The notes under the pieces: model-generated
The model's database searches: none
What the model was told of the DNA's origin: nothing
What the model saw: the letters and a program-made list of their open reading frames with translations, nothing else
In this document: in pieces, positions 1-12,576 of the stretch
Layout: each line of letters begins with the position of its first letter
Position numbering within the stretch: the stretch's first letter is position 1
Assembly: GCF_040938485.1 (NCBI RefSeq)
Contig: NW_027270981.1
Span: 1,054,001-1,118,000 of the forward strand
Direction of reading: 5' to 3'
DNA from: Diadema antillarum
Taxonomy: Eukaryota
Length of the DNA: 64,000 nucleotides
Program-made: the position numbers and the translations under genes

Positions 1-131
1 GAAAATGCACATGAAAGTTCTTGTCTACACTTTACATATTGAATGTTAGAGGCAGCTCATGAATATTTAGTGCCGCGAAGAAGGCTTCAATTTGCGAAAA
101 TTTCGTGCCGTGAAAATATCATGCTTTACAG
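1..131. mobile_element. Right part of a Tc1/mariner (Tigger-like) MITE, TA-flanked
   Basis: Ends cgtgaaaatatcatgctttacag|TA, like the 35747 and 48125 elements; the paralogous site at ~8808 (tttagtgcatt) is empty. Confidence 0.6.
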
Positions 132-328
132 TAGTGCATTATCAAAAATGAAATAAACCTTTGCATACAGTGTGGTAGATGCTTCAGGAACAATAGGTTG
201 TTAGCCATGCAGCTATAGGAAGAGCAGAATACTTTTGCATAATTACTAATTTCATATGCACCTAAATTGCATAAATGACCCCGCGAAAAAACAAAACAAA
301 CAAAACAACAAAACAGCACGTCTTATAA

Positions 329-651
329 GTCCTGTTTACCTCTGGGAACAGTGATTTCAAAAATGTTCATGATTTCACATTTGATGCATATGTGCAGGTC
401 TGTTGTATCACATAACATTCTACCATATAAAATTTTTACAATAAGGCCTAAAATATGAGGAGATCTGGAAACATTTTTGTTAAATCTATTTTTCACATTT
501 TGTGTACTTAACAATACTTAACATCGATTATACGAATTCATTTTTTTTTTTTTTTTACAGTAGTTTCTGTTTCTAACTCACATTTTAGAACTATCTAAAG
601 CACTAATGCTGGATTTGTGTGTCATCTATGATACAAATGGTAAATTATGCC
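329..651. mobile_element. TTAA-target (Kolobok-like) MITE
   Basis: Absent from the paralog at ~9017 (gcacgtcttaagctt); ends gcc|TTAA; a second family member lies at 43975-44457. Confidence 0.7.
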
Positions 652-1431
652 TTAAAGCTTTTGATTTAAATCTAATTTCAGGGGTCATAAGCCATGCTTT
701 GCTGTAATCTTTAAAACGCATGAGCATTGCCAACCATGCACATGGTATTAAAAAAAATGACGTAATTCAAGAATGTCTTCAGCGGTCTCTTCAAAAAAGT
801 GGTCTTCTGTGGTCTTTCCACAGTCTTTCTGCAATCTCTCAATGAGCACTCAAGGGTTTTGCTAGTCGTATATTTATCTTCTGTTAGTCTTGCAAGAAGC
901 CACATTTTTGGAGGTCACTAAATATTATTGAGAGATCATTGAGGAACCATTGAAAGACTAATCTCTCAGAGATCTTGAATAAATCATAATCTCTAGAAGA
1001 TCTCAGGGAGTATGCCAGATGATCTTTCAGTGATCTCTCACAGTAGTCTTAGTGGTCTCTCAGTGAACTTTCAGCAATTTTCAAGGTCCCACGTAGATCT
1101 CTGAAAAATTTGCTAGCAAATTAATTTTTGATTCTTCAATAATCTTTTGAGGGTTCTTAGAACCATTCCACATAGACACTTTTTTTATCTGGTCTCGGAA
1201 ACAGGTTGAGGGATCTTGCCACTTTGGGTCTCTCACATCCCATTTATACAGGGCATCAAGAGCCCTCCAGGGGCACTCCTGATCCCCTCTGAGCTCTGTA
1301 CGAACTGTCAGTCACGACCTGGGGTGCTCTAAAATTATGACCCCCTCCCCTCTCCAGCCTTTAGGCTCAAGAGTGCTCCTGATGTGCCCTAACCTCTTGA
1401 TAAATGGTCACCAACATTTAGAGCACTTGAT

Positions 1432-1605
1432 CAGGGGGGGCATTTCATGAAGGAACATGTCAGATAAAATATCTGACAAGTCAATTATATCCGACAAGTT
1501 TTGAGAAATTCTTTAGTCAGATTGGCTGGTTTCTCTGAACTTGTCGGATATGACTGACTTGTCGGACATTTTATCCGACAAGTTCCTTCATGAAATGCCC
1601 CCCTG
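1432..1605. mobile_element. MITE with GGGGCATTTCATGAAG TIRs and CWG target (PIF/Harbinger-like)
   Basis: TIRs ggggcatttcatgaaggaac / gttccttcatgaaatgcccc; paralogous site at ~10228 (cactCTGgaagt) is empty; same family at 44061. Confidence 0.85.
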
Positions 1606-3313
1606 GAAGTGGTATTTGGTGCACCGGAAGTGTGCCCCTCTCAGCCGATTTGCATGTGGTCTGAGCAAGTGGTGATTCTCCGTCTATGAACAGATTTAGA
1701 GGGGCCTATTAAAGTCAAAGCGTTTCAGGAGCACTCCTCGGCCCAGCTTTGTGTATAAATGGGGTATAAGTGGCCTCTCAAGGGTTTGCTTTATGCAGAA
1801 TAGGGTCCCTCATTTATGTCACACAAGGGCTAAATAGAGGAAATACATAAAGTGACCATATTTTTGTCTTTCACGCTATTCCCAAAACTCAGCACATTGA
1901 TGCCAAAAAGAACATTTCTGGTAACAAGTAGGAACCAGTAAAATAAATTTATTCTTTAAACTGATATTGACACAGTTCAAGTTTAATGAACAAAACCAAT
2001 GATACATCTTACAGCTTCCATTCATATAATTTTAGATTTTTAAAAAGGATACATTCTACAATATGTACCCATGCAAATTTGATTCAAGCCTACATACAAT
2101 TATAGGCAGCAGGTATATATCATGGTGCACTCGTGTACTGCAGCTTTTGAAATATATTTGGCGACGTTTACCATTATTGTTTACATCAACATGCTCTTTG
2201 CTGACAAAATGCATAGTGAGTTGTGAAAGTGAAGATCTTGCATCGATTTTTGTGGGCATCAGGTAGTAGTTTATTAACTAATCCAGCATAGTAACTGATC
2301 CATCATAACCTCACATATACTAAAGTAGGTACTCAGACACATAATGCTCTATTACAATTCAGATAACGTTTAAGATGATGAATGTCATAATGATTTCAAG
2401 GTTTGCAGAGAAAAAAAAAATCGAGAAAAAAACAAACCCTCTCACATGTTGGTATTGTAGAGCTATTCCCATCAAGATCTATACATGTATTGTAACATGA
2501 GAATAGAGTACTAGTGCCCATTTCACATTACACCCTGTATTCAGGTCTCACAGATTAAAGTTGCACAATTAGCCCTGCTAATTTGGTCTGTGAGACTTGG
2601 CTGCAATGAAATTAGATATTTTGCAGGTATGATTGAACAGGTGAATGGCTTGCATGATAGTAGAAATAAGTATGACGAGGACGATTACTCGTCACCATTT
2701 ATCAAACATTATACATACAGAATGTTTCAAAGTACTTAACATTCCACAGCATGCAGTACATTGAACCACTTATTACCGTATGACATACATACATACTGAA
2801 TGTGGCATACTACGTCTTACAAATATACACATCTAATGTAATCAAGTAAGTTGTTCCAAATGTATGTATGCATAATCAACACCAATGTTTGTTGTTTTTT
2901 TTTTCAGTACAGATGACTGAAACTACTTGGATGAAAATATTTGTGAAGTAACTTTTTTTAAATGATTTTTTTTTTTTTTAATGATCCATCAGGCCACAGA
3001 GTATTCACATGCTGGTCTAGAAATATGCTGATATAAATATGTGTTCTATTTTTACCCTTTGAAATAATGTTGCTTAAAAGAAATAATTTTTCATATTTTG
3101 AATGATAGAAATCTGAAATTATTACTTTCAGTAGTACCAGCAAGCATTCAGAAATAAAATGAATTTGTATTTCTTGCTGATTGATGTCACTGAGGTCTCT
3201 ATGTCAAACTAAATCTCTAAAGTAGAAAGTGTGGACTTCCAGGGTGTTTTGACTTTGTTTGTCACTTCATTGAGTTTGTGCTTTCTCTAGATCTGTTCAT
3301 GTAATCTACTCAG

Positions 3314-3319
3314 TTTATT
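3314..3319 (-). promoter_or_regulatory. Candidate polyadenylation signal for TLR-A
   Basis: AATAAA on the minus strand ~205 nt after the stop; position only, no transcript evidence. Confidence 0.35.
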
Positions 3320-3524
3320 CAATGTAGCAAAAGACATGCTGTATTCATGCATGTGTAGTTTCCATTTTTTATTACATTAGTCAGAGTAAGTCAATGAAGT
3401 TGCTGTGTGGTGAAGATTCACCTTCAATTTGATAGGAATTTTCCAGGTTTTTCACCTATTGTACATAATCCTATTTGTCTATTACTAACACCAGAGATAC
3501 TGCAAATTAATTTAACTGTGTTCT

Positions 3525-6320
3525 CTATACAGGAATTGCATTGTTTATCACCTTGTTTGATCTGAAGTTCTTCTCGAGCTTGGCCCAAAACAAATCCTGT
3601 CTGTATTCATCTTCTTCCCATTCCAAGTACGGTCTGTTAGCGCTCAGGAAGAGCCGTACAAGATAGGGAAGTTGGTCGTCTTCAACATGCTCCTTGAAGA
3701 TCAGAATAACTTTGTCCAATTTGGTTTCATTGATATGTTCTAAGGCCAAGCGAATCTTGGTCATAAACCATTGCTCCTCCACCGACTCGTTGCTGATCAC
3801 AAGAGCAGTCTTGAAGCTGTTTTCCAGGGCATGATGGATAGCGTCTACTAAGTACATACCAATGTGAAGATAGTCGTCACCCCAGAGAATGCTTTCAAAC
3901 TGAGGAAATCTTTCTTCCACGGCTGGTCTCATGACATTGTTGACCCAGTCTTCATCCCCATCAGAGAACATGATGTTAAGCTGGTGCCTATAGTCCTCTG
4001 GTTGTTGATTGTCTTCCACTTCCTCATATCCCAAGATGGCTAGCTTCAGGAGATAGAGCCGGTAGCGAAACCACCAGCGCTTATAGTATACGACTATAGC
4101 CATATAACCCACAATGACAAGGACCAAGGAAACTGATACTATAAGAGTCACATTTACGCTGCAGAATTCTTCTGGATTAAAGAGTAGAAAAGGATGATTG
4201 ACTAAAGTTTCAAAGGATGATCTTGAGCAAATTGTGTTATTCTGTTGCATTAGGACAACATTGCTTAGCTCAACCCACTTTCTGAACCATGCTAAATCGC
4301 ATGTGCATGAGAGTGGGTTTTGTGATAAATCTAAGTGTATAGTGGTAGGAAATAATGTACCAGGAAATATGGTGCTGAGGTGATTGTCAGACAAAAATAG
4401 TTTAAAAAGATTAGGTGTGTCATTGAACAGTGTGAGTGGCAAAGACCGAACTGAACTCTTTTCAAAGAAAAGATTTCTGAGACTGTGGAGACCATACAGG
4501 GTATGTGCAGATGGCTCTTGAATTTGGTTTCCCCGGAGATACAATGTTGTAAGGGAAGTCAAATTTTGAAACAGTCCTGGTTTCAATATATTGATCTCAG
4601 AGTCAGAGAGATCCAGTGATGATAGGTTTCCCAGTGAACTGAAGGTGCCAGGTTCCAAGTTGTTCAGGGAATTTCCCCGCAGGTAAAGCCCCTGAAGCAC
4701 TGCTTGACCAGCAAACAAGGAATGGTTTGTTTTGTAATCAAACAAACTTTTGCTATCCAAATTGTTAAAACTTAAGCTTAGTTCTTGCAGTGATACAGCT
4801 CCAGTAAATTGATAAGTTGAATTCAGTGTAAGTTTTGTGTTTGACAGATCCAGTATTTTTAGATTTGTCATATCACGGAAAACTTCACTTAACAGAGAGG
4901 CGACTTCTGAGGTCAGATACAGCTCCTGCAGATGAGGTGTTCGTGCAAATGCAAATGGAGAATATCCTCCAATTTTGTTGTGAGACACATTTAGAACTTT
5001 GAGATTTTTTAGTCCCCATAACACACCATTAGGAAGTTTATCTAGACTGTTGAAAGAAATGTCTAGAGTGAGCAGAGTTTCCGTGGTCCAGGTTTTGTAT
5101 GTGAAGGAGAGAATCAGGTTATTGGAGAGATCAAGGTGTTGTATCTTAGGCAGCTGCATGAAGGAGCCAGGATCCAACATGATGATCTCATTGTGGGAAA
5201 TGTTCAAATTGAGGAGGTTTTCATTGCAGTGAAATGCACCCAGTGGGAGAGAAGAAATGTGATTTTCAGATATTTCCAGGCTCTGCAATGAATGGAGTCC
5301 ACAAAAAGATGTGTTTGCAATATTTGTGATCCTGTTCTTCTGTATGCTAAGACTTACTGTGTGATAGAAACCCCAAAATGCATAATGAGGGATATCAATG
5401 ATTCTATTGCCACTCAACTCAATTTTCAGTATGTGAGGAATGGCAACTTCATCACGTACAGACCTGTTAAGTGGAATTATTTCCTGCAGCAAAGTGCCAT
5501 ATAGTGACAGTTTCTTAATCTTTAAGTTACCCATAAATGCGAGCACCTCAAATTTGTTAATATGATTAACATCAAAGGAAACAAGATTAACAGTCGCAAG
5601 GTCTGAGAATACACCAGTTGTCACTGCAGTGATTTTGTTATAACTGAGGTCTAAAGCGTGCATGGAGTTGTTTTGTAGTGGAAAAAAAGCATGATGAGGA
5701 ATGGATTTGATATCATTCCTTGACAAGTTTATTTCAGATATTCTCTTCCACCCTGAGACTGACTGAAAGTCAAATGATTGTATTGAATTTTTCATTAAGA
5801 TTATAGCCTTTAGCTTTGATAAGTCTTTAATTGCAGTTAAAGGCACAGAAGTAAACAAATTACCGCCTAAATCTACACGATAGAGATTCTTATTAGAACG
5901 TAAAAGCCCAGGATGAACTTGTGCCAACTTATTTCCTGAAAGAGATAATATTTTGAGATGAATGAGAGGTGTGAAAGCAGCATTTTCAATATGAAAGATT
6001 GCATTCTTCCTCAAATTTAAGGTGATTAGATTCCAGAGGGATGCAAAGGAGTAATTTTGAAGTTGTGTTATAAGGTTGTATGATAAATCTAAAGTGATAG
6101 TCCTGTTCGGGAGGTCTTGGGGAACTGACTTCAGATGGCAATGATTGCAGTAGACCTTGATGCCTCGGCTGGTCTCATTATAGGAGCAGCAGTTGCGTTG
6201 TAGAGACATCGTCTGGTTTGGTGGGGAGGTAGCTGACATCGACAGTAGGAATACCACCCACAGCATCAGTAGAATGCAGCACAGAGCACACATTGAGGAG
6301 TGCATCCTTACGGCAGTCAT
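3525..6320 (-). CDS. Toll-like receptor TLR-A (single-exon; signal peptide, LRR-NT, ~20+ LRRs, LRR-CT, TM, TIR), divergent paralog
   Basis: 931-aa ORF with hydrophobic N-terminus, CC..C..C LRR-NT, many LxxLxLxxN repeats, NPLSCTC LRR-CT, TM VTLIVSVSLVLVIVGYMAIVVYY, and a sea-urchin-style TIR (QLNIMFSD..EDWV..SFKTALVISNES..LPYLVRLFL..QDLFW) ending NNAIPV. Family call from recognised motifs; no one-to-one vertebrate ortholog. Confidence 0.96.
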   Translation of the reverse strand: MTAVRMHSSMCALCCILLMLWVVFLLSMSATSPPNQTMSLQRNCCSYNETSRGIKVYCNHCHLKSVPQDLPNRTITLDLSYNLITQLQNYSFASLWNLITLNLRKNAIFHIENAAFTPLIHLKILSLSGNKLAQVHPGLLRSNKNLYRVDLGGNLFTSVPLTAIKDLSKLKAIILMKNSIQSFDFQSVSGWKRISEINLSRNDIKSIPHHAFFPLQNNSMHALDLSYNKITAVTTGVFSDLATVNLVSFDVNHINKFEVLAFMGNLKIKKLSLYGTLLQEIIPLNRSVRDEVAIPHILKIELSGNRIIDIPHYAFWGFYHTVSLSIQKNRITNIANTSFCGLHSLQSLEISENHISSLPLGAFHCNENLLNLNISHNEIIMLDPGSFMQLPKIQHLDLSNNLILSFTYKTWTTETLLTLDISFNSLDKLPNGVLWGLKNLKVLNVSHNKIGGYSPFAFARTPHLQELYLTSEVASLLSEVFRDMTNLKILDLSNTKLTLNSTYQFTGAVSLQELSLSFNNLDSKSLFDYKTNHSLFAGQAVLQGLYLRGNSLNNLEPGTFSSLGNLSSLDLSDSEINILKPGLFQNLTSLTTLYLRGNQIQEPSAHTLYGLHSLRNLFFEKSSVRSLPLTLFNDTPNLFKLFLSDNHLSTIFPGTLFPTTIHLDLSQNPLSCTCDLAWFRKWVELSNVVLMQQNNTICSRSSFETLVNHPFLLFNPEEFCSVNVTLIVSVSLVLVIVGYMAIVVYYKRWWFRYRLYLLKLAILGYEEVEDNQQPEDYRHQLNIMFSDGDEDWVNNVMRPAVEERFPQFESILWGDDYLHIGMYLVDAIHHALENSFKTALVISNESVEEQWFMTKIRLALEHINETKLDKVILIFKEHVEDDQLPYLVRLFLSANRPYLEWEEDEYRQDLFWAKLEKNFRSNKVINNAIPV

Positions 6321-8829
6321 GGTGCCCTCAAAATGGTATTACTTTAGCTTCCTGCAAAAATATGGCAGCACTATCAAACTCTGCAGGGTATTAAAGCAAG
6401 CTGTTGAATGTATGCAGTCTACAGGAATATCATCAGATTGCTGCTGCAGGAATTCACAGAACTGCAAATAGCACTATGTAGCTGCTTCCAGTTCTAGAGT
6501 GCATATATATTTCAAATGTCAATGAGTATATAGTCCCAGCAACATATTTTGCAATGACCTCTTGCAGTTATTAGCACATTTGCATATTCATTAGTGAGGA
6601 AAGATTGCTCCAGAAGACTGGAATATATTTGCAGATAGTATCTAGGCCTATGTAATATGCTCAGATTGCTGGTTGTGAGGTACAAAAGTGCCATCTAGTT
6701 CTTGAACAGTATCAAGTTGTGATATTCATATCTCAACTGTCAGTATCCCGTATTACCAAGCTAGTCCAACAATCACATGCTGTCCCAATGGTTGAAATGT
6801 CCTTATCTCAGTCTTGAAAGAATAAGTGTACAAGTGTTGTACTCACAGAAAGTTCACTTAAGTTGATCAGATGGCTCTCCTGTGACACCATGCATAAGGG
6901 CAATATGAGGTGGCTTTCTCGTTCACTGTATCCCAGTCTGTCTTGCACTAAAGATTGAAGCTTTAGGTTTTTGCGCTATGTGAGTCGAACTGGTATGAGC
7001 AGTTTTGTTTGCCATCATGCTGCTCCCTTCTGTCCAGCGAGAGGCAGAAACACTGTCCTTAAATTGGACCAGATGTGAAATGGAGGTCTAATTTCAGAGA
7101 AAGTAATGACTCATGCATGCAGATCGAAGATCCCACCACAGTTCTCTTCGCAAGGAGTAGGATGCACACTCCTCCTCACATACTGACGACTGATGTTCCA
7201 GACCCCTTGTAATTCATCACACCCGCAGGCGATCAGCAATGGCCAGCAAATGGTATAAATTCTTCACACAATGTGCCACAGGAATGAGTGCATAGGACCA
7301 TGTTTGTCTTTATGTCTTCAAGCTCGTTCCAGTTACCAGATGCAAAATGAAAAGCTCTAAGTAGCTGTGCATGCAGGAACAAATTGTAGGCCACGAGTTG
7401 CGATGATCTCGCACAGGAATTGACAGTGACAGTAATATTTTTGTAAGGTCCGTGATTGATGGTCCGTTGTCATGACTACAAGTTACACTGCATGTCTCAC
7501 TATTATGTCTCCTCTGGGGAGGTAGTCATTGTATGAAATAATTATAGGTGTAATTCTAGAATGTGTTCTCTAACACAGAAATGTAATTGGGCAGTCAGAG
7601 CAGATTCATAGCCATATAAATGATTTATGGGACTTTCAGTTTTTGGTAGAGGCAGGGCTGTAAACTGTTGCTTTGATATCTAATACCCGGTATGTATTCA
7701 ATGAAGATAACTTTGCGAATCCTGTGCTTTATTGATGGAGATGTATAATTTCATGAATACCATCAGGAGGAAAGTCTTGTAGTTCTACTGATTTAAAGAA
7801 GGGATGTGCAGATCACTTGACTCCACCAAGTGCATTTTCAGGCTCAAAATTCATATTTTAAACTTTGAATATGCTTGCAAAAATTTCTACCTAGTACCTA
7901 TACCAAGAAAGCTTTGATAGATTGCCAAGATAATCAATCATTTTGATTGTTTTGAAATCAAAAGTGTGGAATAATCTCAATCATAGCACACAACTTTATT
8001 ACTGAAGTGCCTTTCCAGTTCAATAGTGGCTAGGTATCAACTGTTACTAGTACATAATGAGTAAATCATGCCCTAGCAGTAGTACATCTACAATTTATTG
8101 CATTGCCTGCAGCAAACAGGCTGCATGCAATGCCCTCTCACATGATGGATAATGCTGTGGCCATTTATTAATCAATGCTAATGATTTTTATAAATCACAT
8201 AGCAACCATCATTGGGTATCATCCAAGATTGCAATACTTCAGACATACCTTTTATGGTAATATTTGCATTTTTGTCATTACCCAACTGAAATCCAGGGCG
8301 GTGAGTTGGCTCAGTTTATAGCATGTCTGCCACCACAGCCAAATGTTTGATTGCTTAGTCTTACTGAGCAGTGTTTTGTGTATTGAGAATAAGAGACAAA
8401 ACACTCTGTCCCTCGGATAAGACATACAATAAACTGGAGATCCCATGTGTAAGAGAGTCACTACTCATGCAGGTAAAAGATCTCACTTCATTCATCACAC
8501 AGAGCAGGGTGCATAGCCCAATATCAATTTCACTAATATGACATTGATATAATATGCAACCCAAGAAGGTACTTAACTTGAGACATTTTCAAGTGGAGCT
8601 GACACTTTGTACAGAGTGAAATTAATATTCTATTCAATTGATGTCAATAGCAAATGACTTGGAAACCAAATACAATCACAAGACTGAATCAAGCGTTGTT
8701 ATTTTTGCTATTGAACAATATGAAAATTATACCATCCGTATGTACAAGGTGTACATTTACATAGAATTAAACATGCATGTTTACTTACGTGTTGTTTATT
8801 TAAACCCAAATGTTTAGTGCATTTATGTT

Positions 8830-11800
8830 AAAAGTGAAATAAATCTTTATATACAGTGTGTAGATGCATCAGGAACAATAGATTGTTAGCCATGCAGCTA
8901 TGGGAGGAGCAGGATAATTATGCTTAATTACTTATTACATATATGCACCTAAATTGCATAAATGACCCCGCAAAAACAAACAAACCAACAACAAAGAAAC
9001 AAACAAAAAAGCACGTCTTAAGCTTTTGATTTAATATTTAATTTTGAGGAATCATAAGCCATGCTTTACTGTAATCTTTAAAATTCATGGGCATTGCCAA
9101 CCATGCACATGGTATAATGCAAACTATGGTAAAAAAAAAAAATGACATAATTCAAGAGAGTCATTAGCAGTCTCTTAAGAAAAGTGGTCTTGAGAGGTCT
9201 TTCCACAGATTTTCTGTGATCTGTCAATGAGCACTCAAGGGTTTAGCTAGTCTTATAATTATCTTCTGACAGTCTTACAAGAATAGCCACATTTTCGGAG
9301 GTCACTTAAGATTATTGAGAGATCATGGAGGTACCATTACTAATCTCTCAGAGATCTTGAATGATCTCTTGAAGATCTCAGGGAGTATGCCAGATAATCT
9401 TTCAACAATCTCTCATTAGTCTTATTGGTCTCTCAGTGAACTTTCAGCAATCTTTAAGGTCCTACATGGATCTCTTAGAAATTTGCTGGCAAATTTTTGG
9501 TCCTTCAATAGTCTTCTGAGGGTTTTTAGAACCATTCCAGTTGTAGTCTCGGAAACTGTTGAGGGATCTTGCCACTTTAGGTCTGTCACATCCCATTTAT
9601 TCAGGGCATCAAGAGCCCTCTAGGGGCACTCCTGATCCCCTCTGAGCTCTGTATGAACAGTAGGTGGGTCTTCATGAGCTCAAGCTTGAAGAATAGCGCA
9701 CTTATGGGGGATCAGAGAAATAAGCCTGAAGTCAGCTGAAATGTGCAATCGCGTCTTTACCAGCTTGAGCTTCAGGCATGGCACGGTCGGGTTTATAAGC
9801 TCAATGCTGGCGCGAACACACTCTGACCTGACTGCCTACATTCCAGCGTGGTGCGCAACGCATGCAGTGCCGATGTTTAAGCTCGAGCTGATGAAGACGC
9901 GTTAAGATTAGCATGCTATTTTGCAAATCAGCTGGCTGTTCTGCAATTAAATCCAAGATTGCTTTGGCTTATTTTCCGATCGGAATAGGTCACTATTTGG
10001 TGCAAAATTAGCGGGCTATTTTCTGATCAGGCTAATTCTTTGGATCAGAAATAGTGGGCTATTCTTCAAGCTCGAGCTGATGAAGACCCACCTAGTCAGT
10101 CATGACCGGGGGGTGCTCTAAAATTACGCCCCCTCCCCCCCCCCCCCCTCTCTAGCCTTTAGGCTCAGGAGCGCTCCTGATGTGCCCTGAGAACCTCTGG
10201 ATAAATGGTCACCAACATTCAGAACACTCTGGAAGTGGTATTTGGTGCACCTGAAGGTCACCATGCATGACATTTATGGTGTGCCCCTCTCAGCCGATTC
10301 GCATGTGGTCTGGGCAAGTGGTGATTCTCTGTCTATGAACAGATTAGGAGGGGCCTATTAAAGTCAAAGCGCTTCAGGAGCACTCCTCGGCCTAGCTTTG
10401 TGTATAAATGGGGTAGAAGTGGCCTCTCAAGGGTTTGCATTATGTGAAATGGGGTCCCTAATTTTTGTCATACATGCAAGGTCTAAATAGAGGAAATACA
10501 AGGAGTGACCATATTTTTGTAACGTTATTCGTTACTCCGAAATCTTAGCACATTGATGCCAAAAAGAACATTTCTGGTAACAAGTAGGAACCAGTAAAAT
10601 AAGTTTATTCTTTAAACCGATATTGAAGTTTATTCTTCAAACTGATATTGACACAGTTCTAGTTTAATCTAGAAAGCCAATGATACATCTTAGCAGCTTC
10701 CATTCGTATAATTTGAGATTTTTAAAAAGGGTACATTCTATAATATGTTCACATGCAAATTTGATTCAAGCCTACGTATACATACAATTATAGGCAGCAG
10801 GTATATATCATGGTGCACTCGTGTACTTTTGAAATATATTTGGTGACGTTTACCATTATTGTCTACATCAGCATGCTCTTTGCTGACAAAATGCGTAGTG
10901 GGATGTGAAAGTGAAGGTCTTGCGTAGATTTTTGTGGGCATCAGGTAAATTAGTAGTATTAACTTATCCAGCGTAACCTCGCATATATACTAGAGTAGGT
11001 ACTCACATAATGCTCTATTACAATTCAGATAACGTTTAAAATGATGAATGTCATAATGACTTCAAGGTTTGCAGAGAAAAAAAAATTGAGAAAAAAACCC
11101 TCTCACATGTTGGTATTATAGAGTTATTTTCATCAAGATCTATAATGTATCATGAGAATAGAGTACTAGTGCCCATTTCACATTACACCATGTATTCAGG
11201 TCTCACAGATTAAAGTTGCATAATCATCCCTGCTAATTTGGTCTATGAGACTTGGCTGCCATGAAATTAGAAATGTTGCAGGTATGATTGAACAGGTGAA
11301 CGTCTTGCATGATAGTAGAAATAATTATGACAATGACGATTCCTCATTACTATTTATCAAACATTATATATACAGAATGTTTCAAAGTACTTAACATTCA
11401 AACATGCAGTACATTGAACCAATTATTACCGTATGACATATGCATACTATATGTGGCATACTACATCTTACATACATATATACATCTAATGTGATCAAGT
11501 AAGTTGTTTCAAATGTATGTATGCATAATTGATACCAATGTTTTTTTTCTAGTACAGATGACTGAAACTACTTGGATGAAAAAATTTATGAAGTAATCTT
11601 TTTTTAATGTTTTTTTTTTTTGATGATCCATCGGCCACAGAGTATTTACATGCTGCTCTAGAAATATGCTCATATAAATATGTGTTCTATTTTTACCCTT
11701 TGAAATAATATTGCTAAAGAAAAAATTTTGAATGATAGAAATCTGAAATTATTACTTCGTAGTACCAGCAAGCATTCAAAAATAAAATTAATCTGTATTT

Positions 11801-11856
11801 CTTACTGACTGATATCACTGATATCACTATGTCAAACTAAATCTCTCAAGTAGAAA
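8830..11856. repeat. Segmental direct repeat copy 2 (modules A+B)
   Basis: Matches 145-3228; its module B (from ~10490) also matches ~18240-20940 and ~27640-30030. Confidence 0.9.
9661..10094. mobile_element. Non-autonomous TIR element, 434 bp
   Basis: 37-bp near-perfect TIRs taggtgggtcttcatgagctcaagcttgaagaatagc / gctattcttcaagctcgagctgatgaagacccaccta; absent from the paralog at ~1305; superfamily unresolved. Confidence 0.85.
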
Positions 11857-12576
11857 CTGTCAAATCTTCTGTATTGGCAGTTTCTTTGATACATCCTTCG
11901 TCATGCAGTTACAAATTTTGACACAATCACAAAGTAGCTAGACATAGCATGCAGTCTACAAGATCAAAATATATACTTAACTGAGCAAGAAAGAAAGATA
12001 AAACACAACAAAACGTATTGACTGCAGTGTCAGGAATGTTGGTCAAGCACATGATTGTTTACCTGACTTGCACAGTATGCGTTGATGAAATGATCTTGTT
12101 GATTAGATTTCATTGTACCCTTACCTGTTCCATTTGATCTTGATAATTAGATTTCATTGGAGCCTTACCTGTTCTGTTTATTCACTATACAATCTTCCTC
12201 ACAAATTTTCTTAAAAGCACATGGTGGACAAGTACTATCCATGCTCAATAGCTGATGGTCAAGACAGAAAAAAAAAATATGGTGATGGTACAAACAATTA
12301 TTTAAGACTGAACCTTTGCAATGATATATATTTCACACAATCAGAATTCAGCTTTCAAGACTTATACATAAGTGTTTTCCCCTTAATTTCAAAATAAGAC
12401 ACTTCATACAACAGAGTTTTGGCTTGATTGAACAGTTCTAAAGAAAGATATCTTCTTAATTGTGCATTTGCATCAGAATTATCTTGGTGTTACATACTGC
12501 AGAATTTGTTTGCACTTTTGTTGTTGGTAGAGAACCATGGTAAATGATACTGCAGTTAATTCACTTGGTAGAGTGA

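Larger units (their letters stand above)
145..3228. repeat. Segmental direct repeat copy 1 (non-coding modules A+B), paralog of 8830-11856
   Basis: Collinear by-eye alignment apart from copy-specific insertions, e.g. acattgatgccaaaaagaacatttctggtaacaagtaggaaccagtaaaataa at ~1895 and ~10553. Confidence 0.9.

Noticed and set aside
2056-2266. Small ORFs repeated in module B (MPTKI..; also 10738-10941)
   Set aside because: Frame is broken by indels between copies and no ORF is called in copies 3 and 4; no coding signal.
6500-7500. Complex sequence upstream of TLR-A that might be a WD40 exon or a pseudogene
   Set aside because: The frames I translated contain stops and I recognised no WD, LRR or transposase motif; a profile search would be needed to exclude a decayed element.
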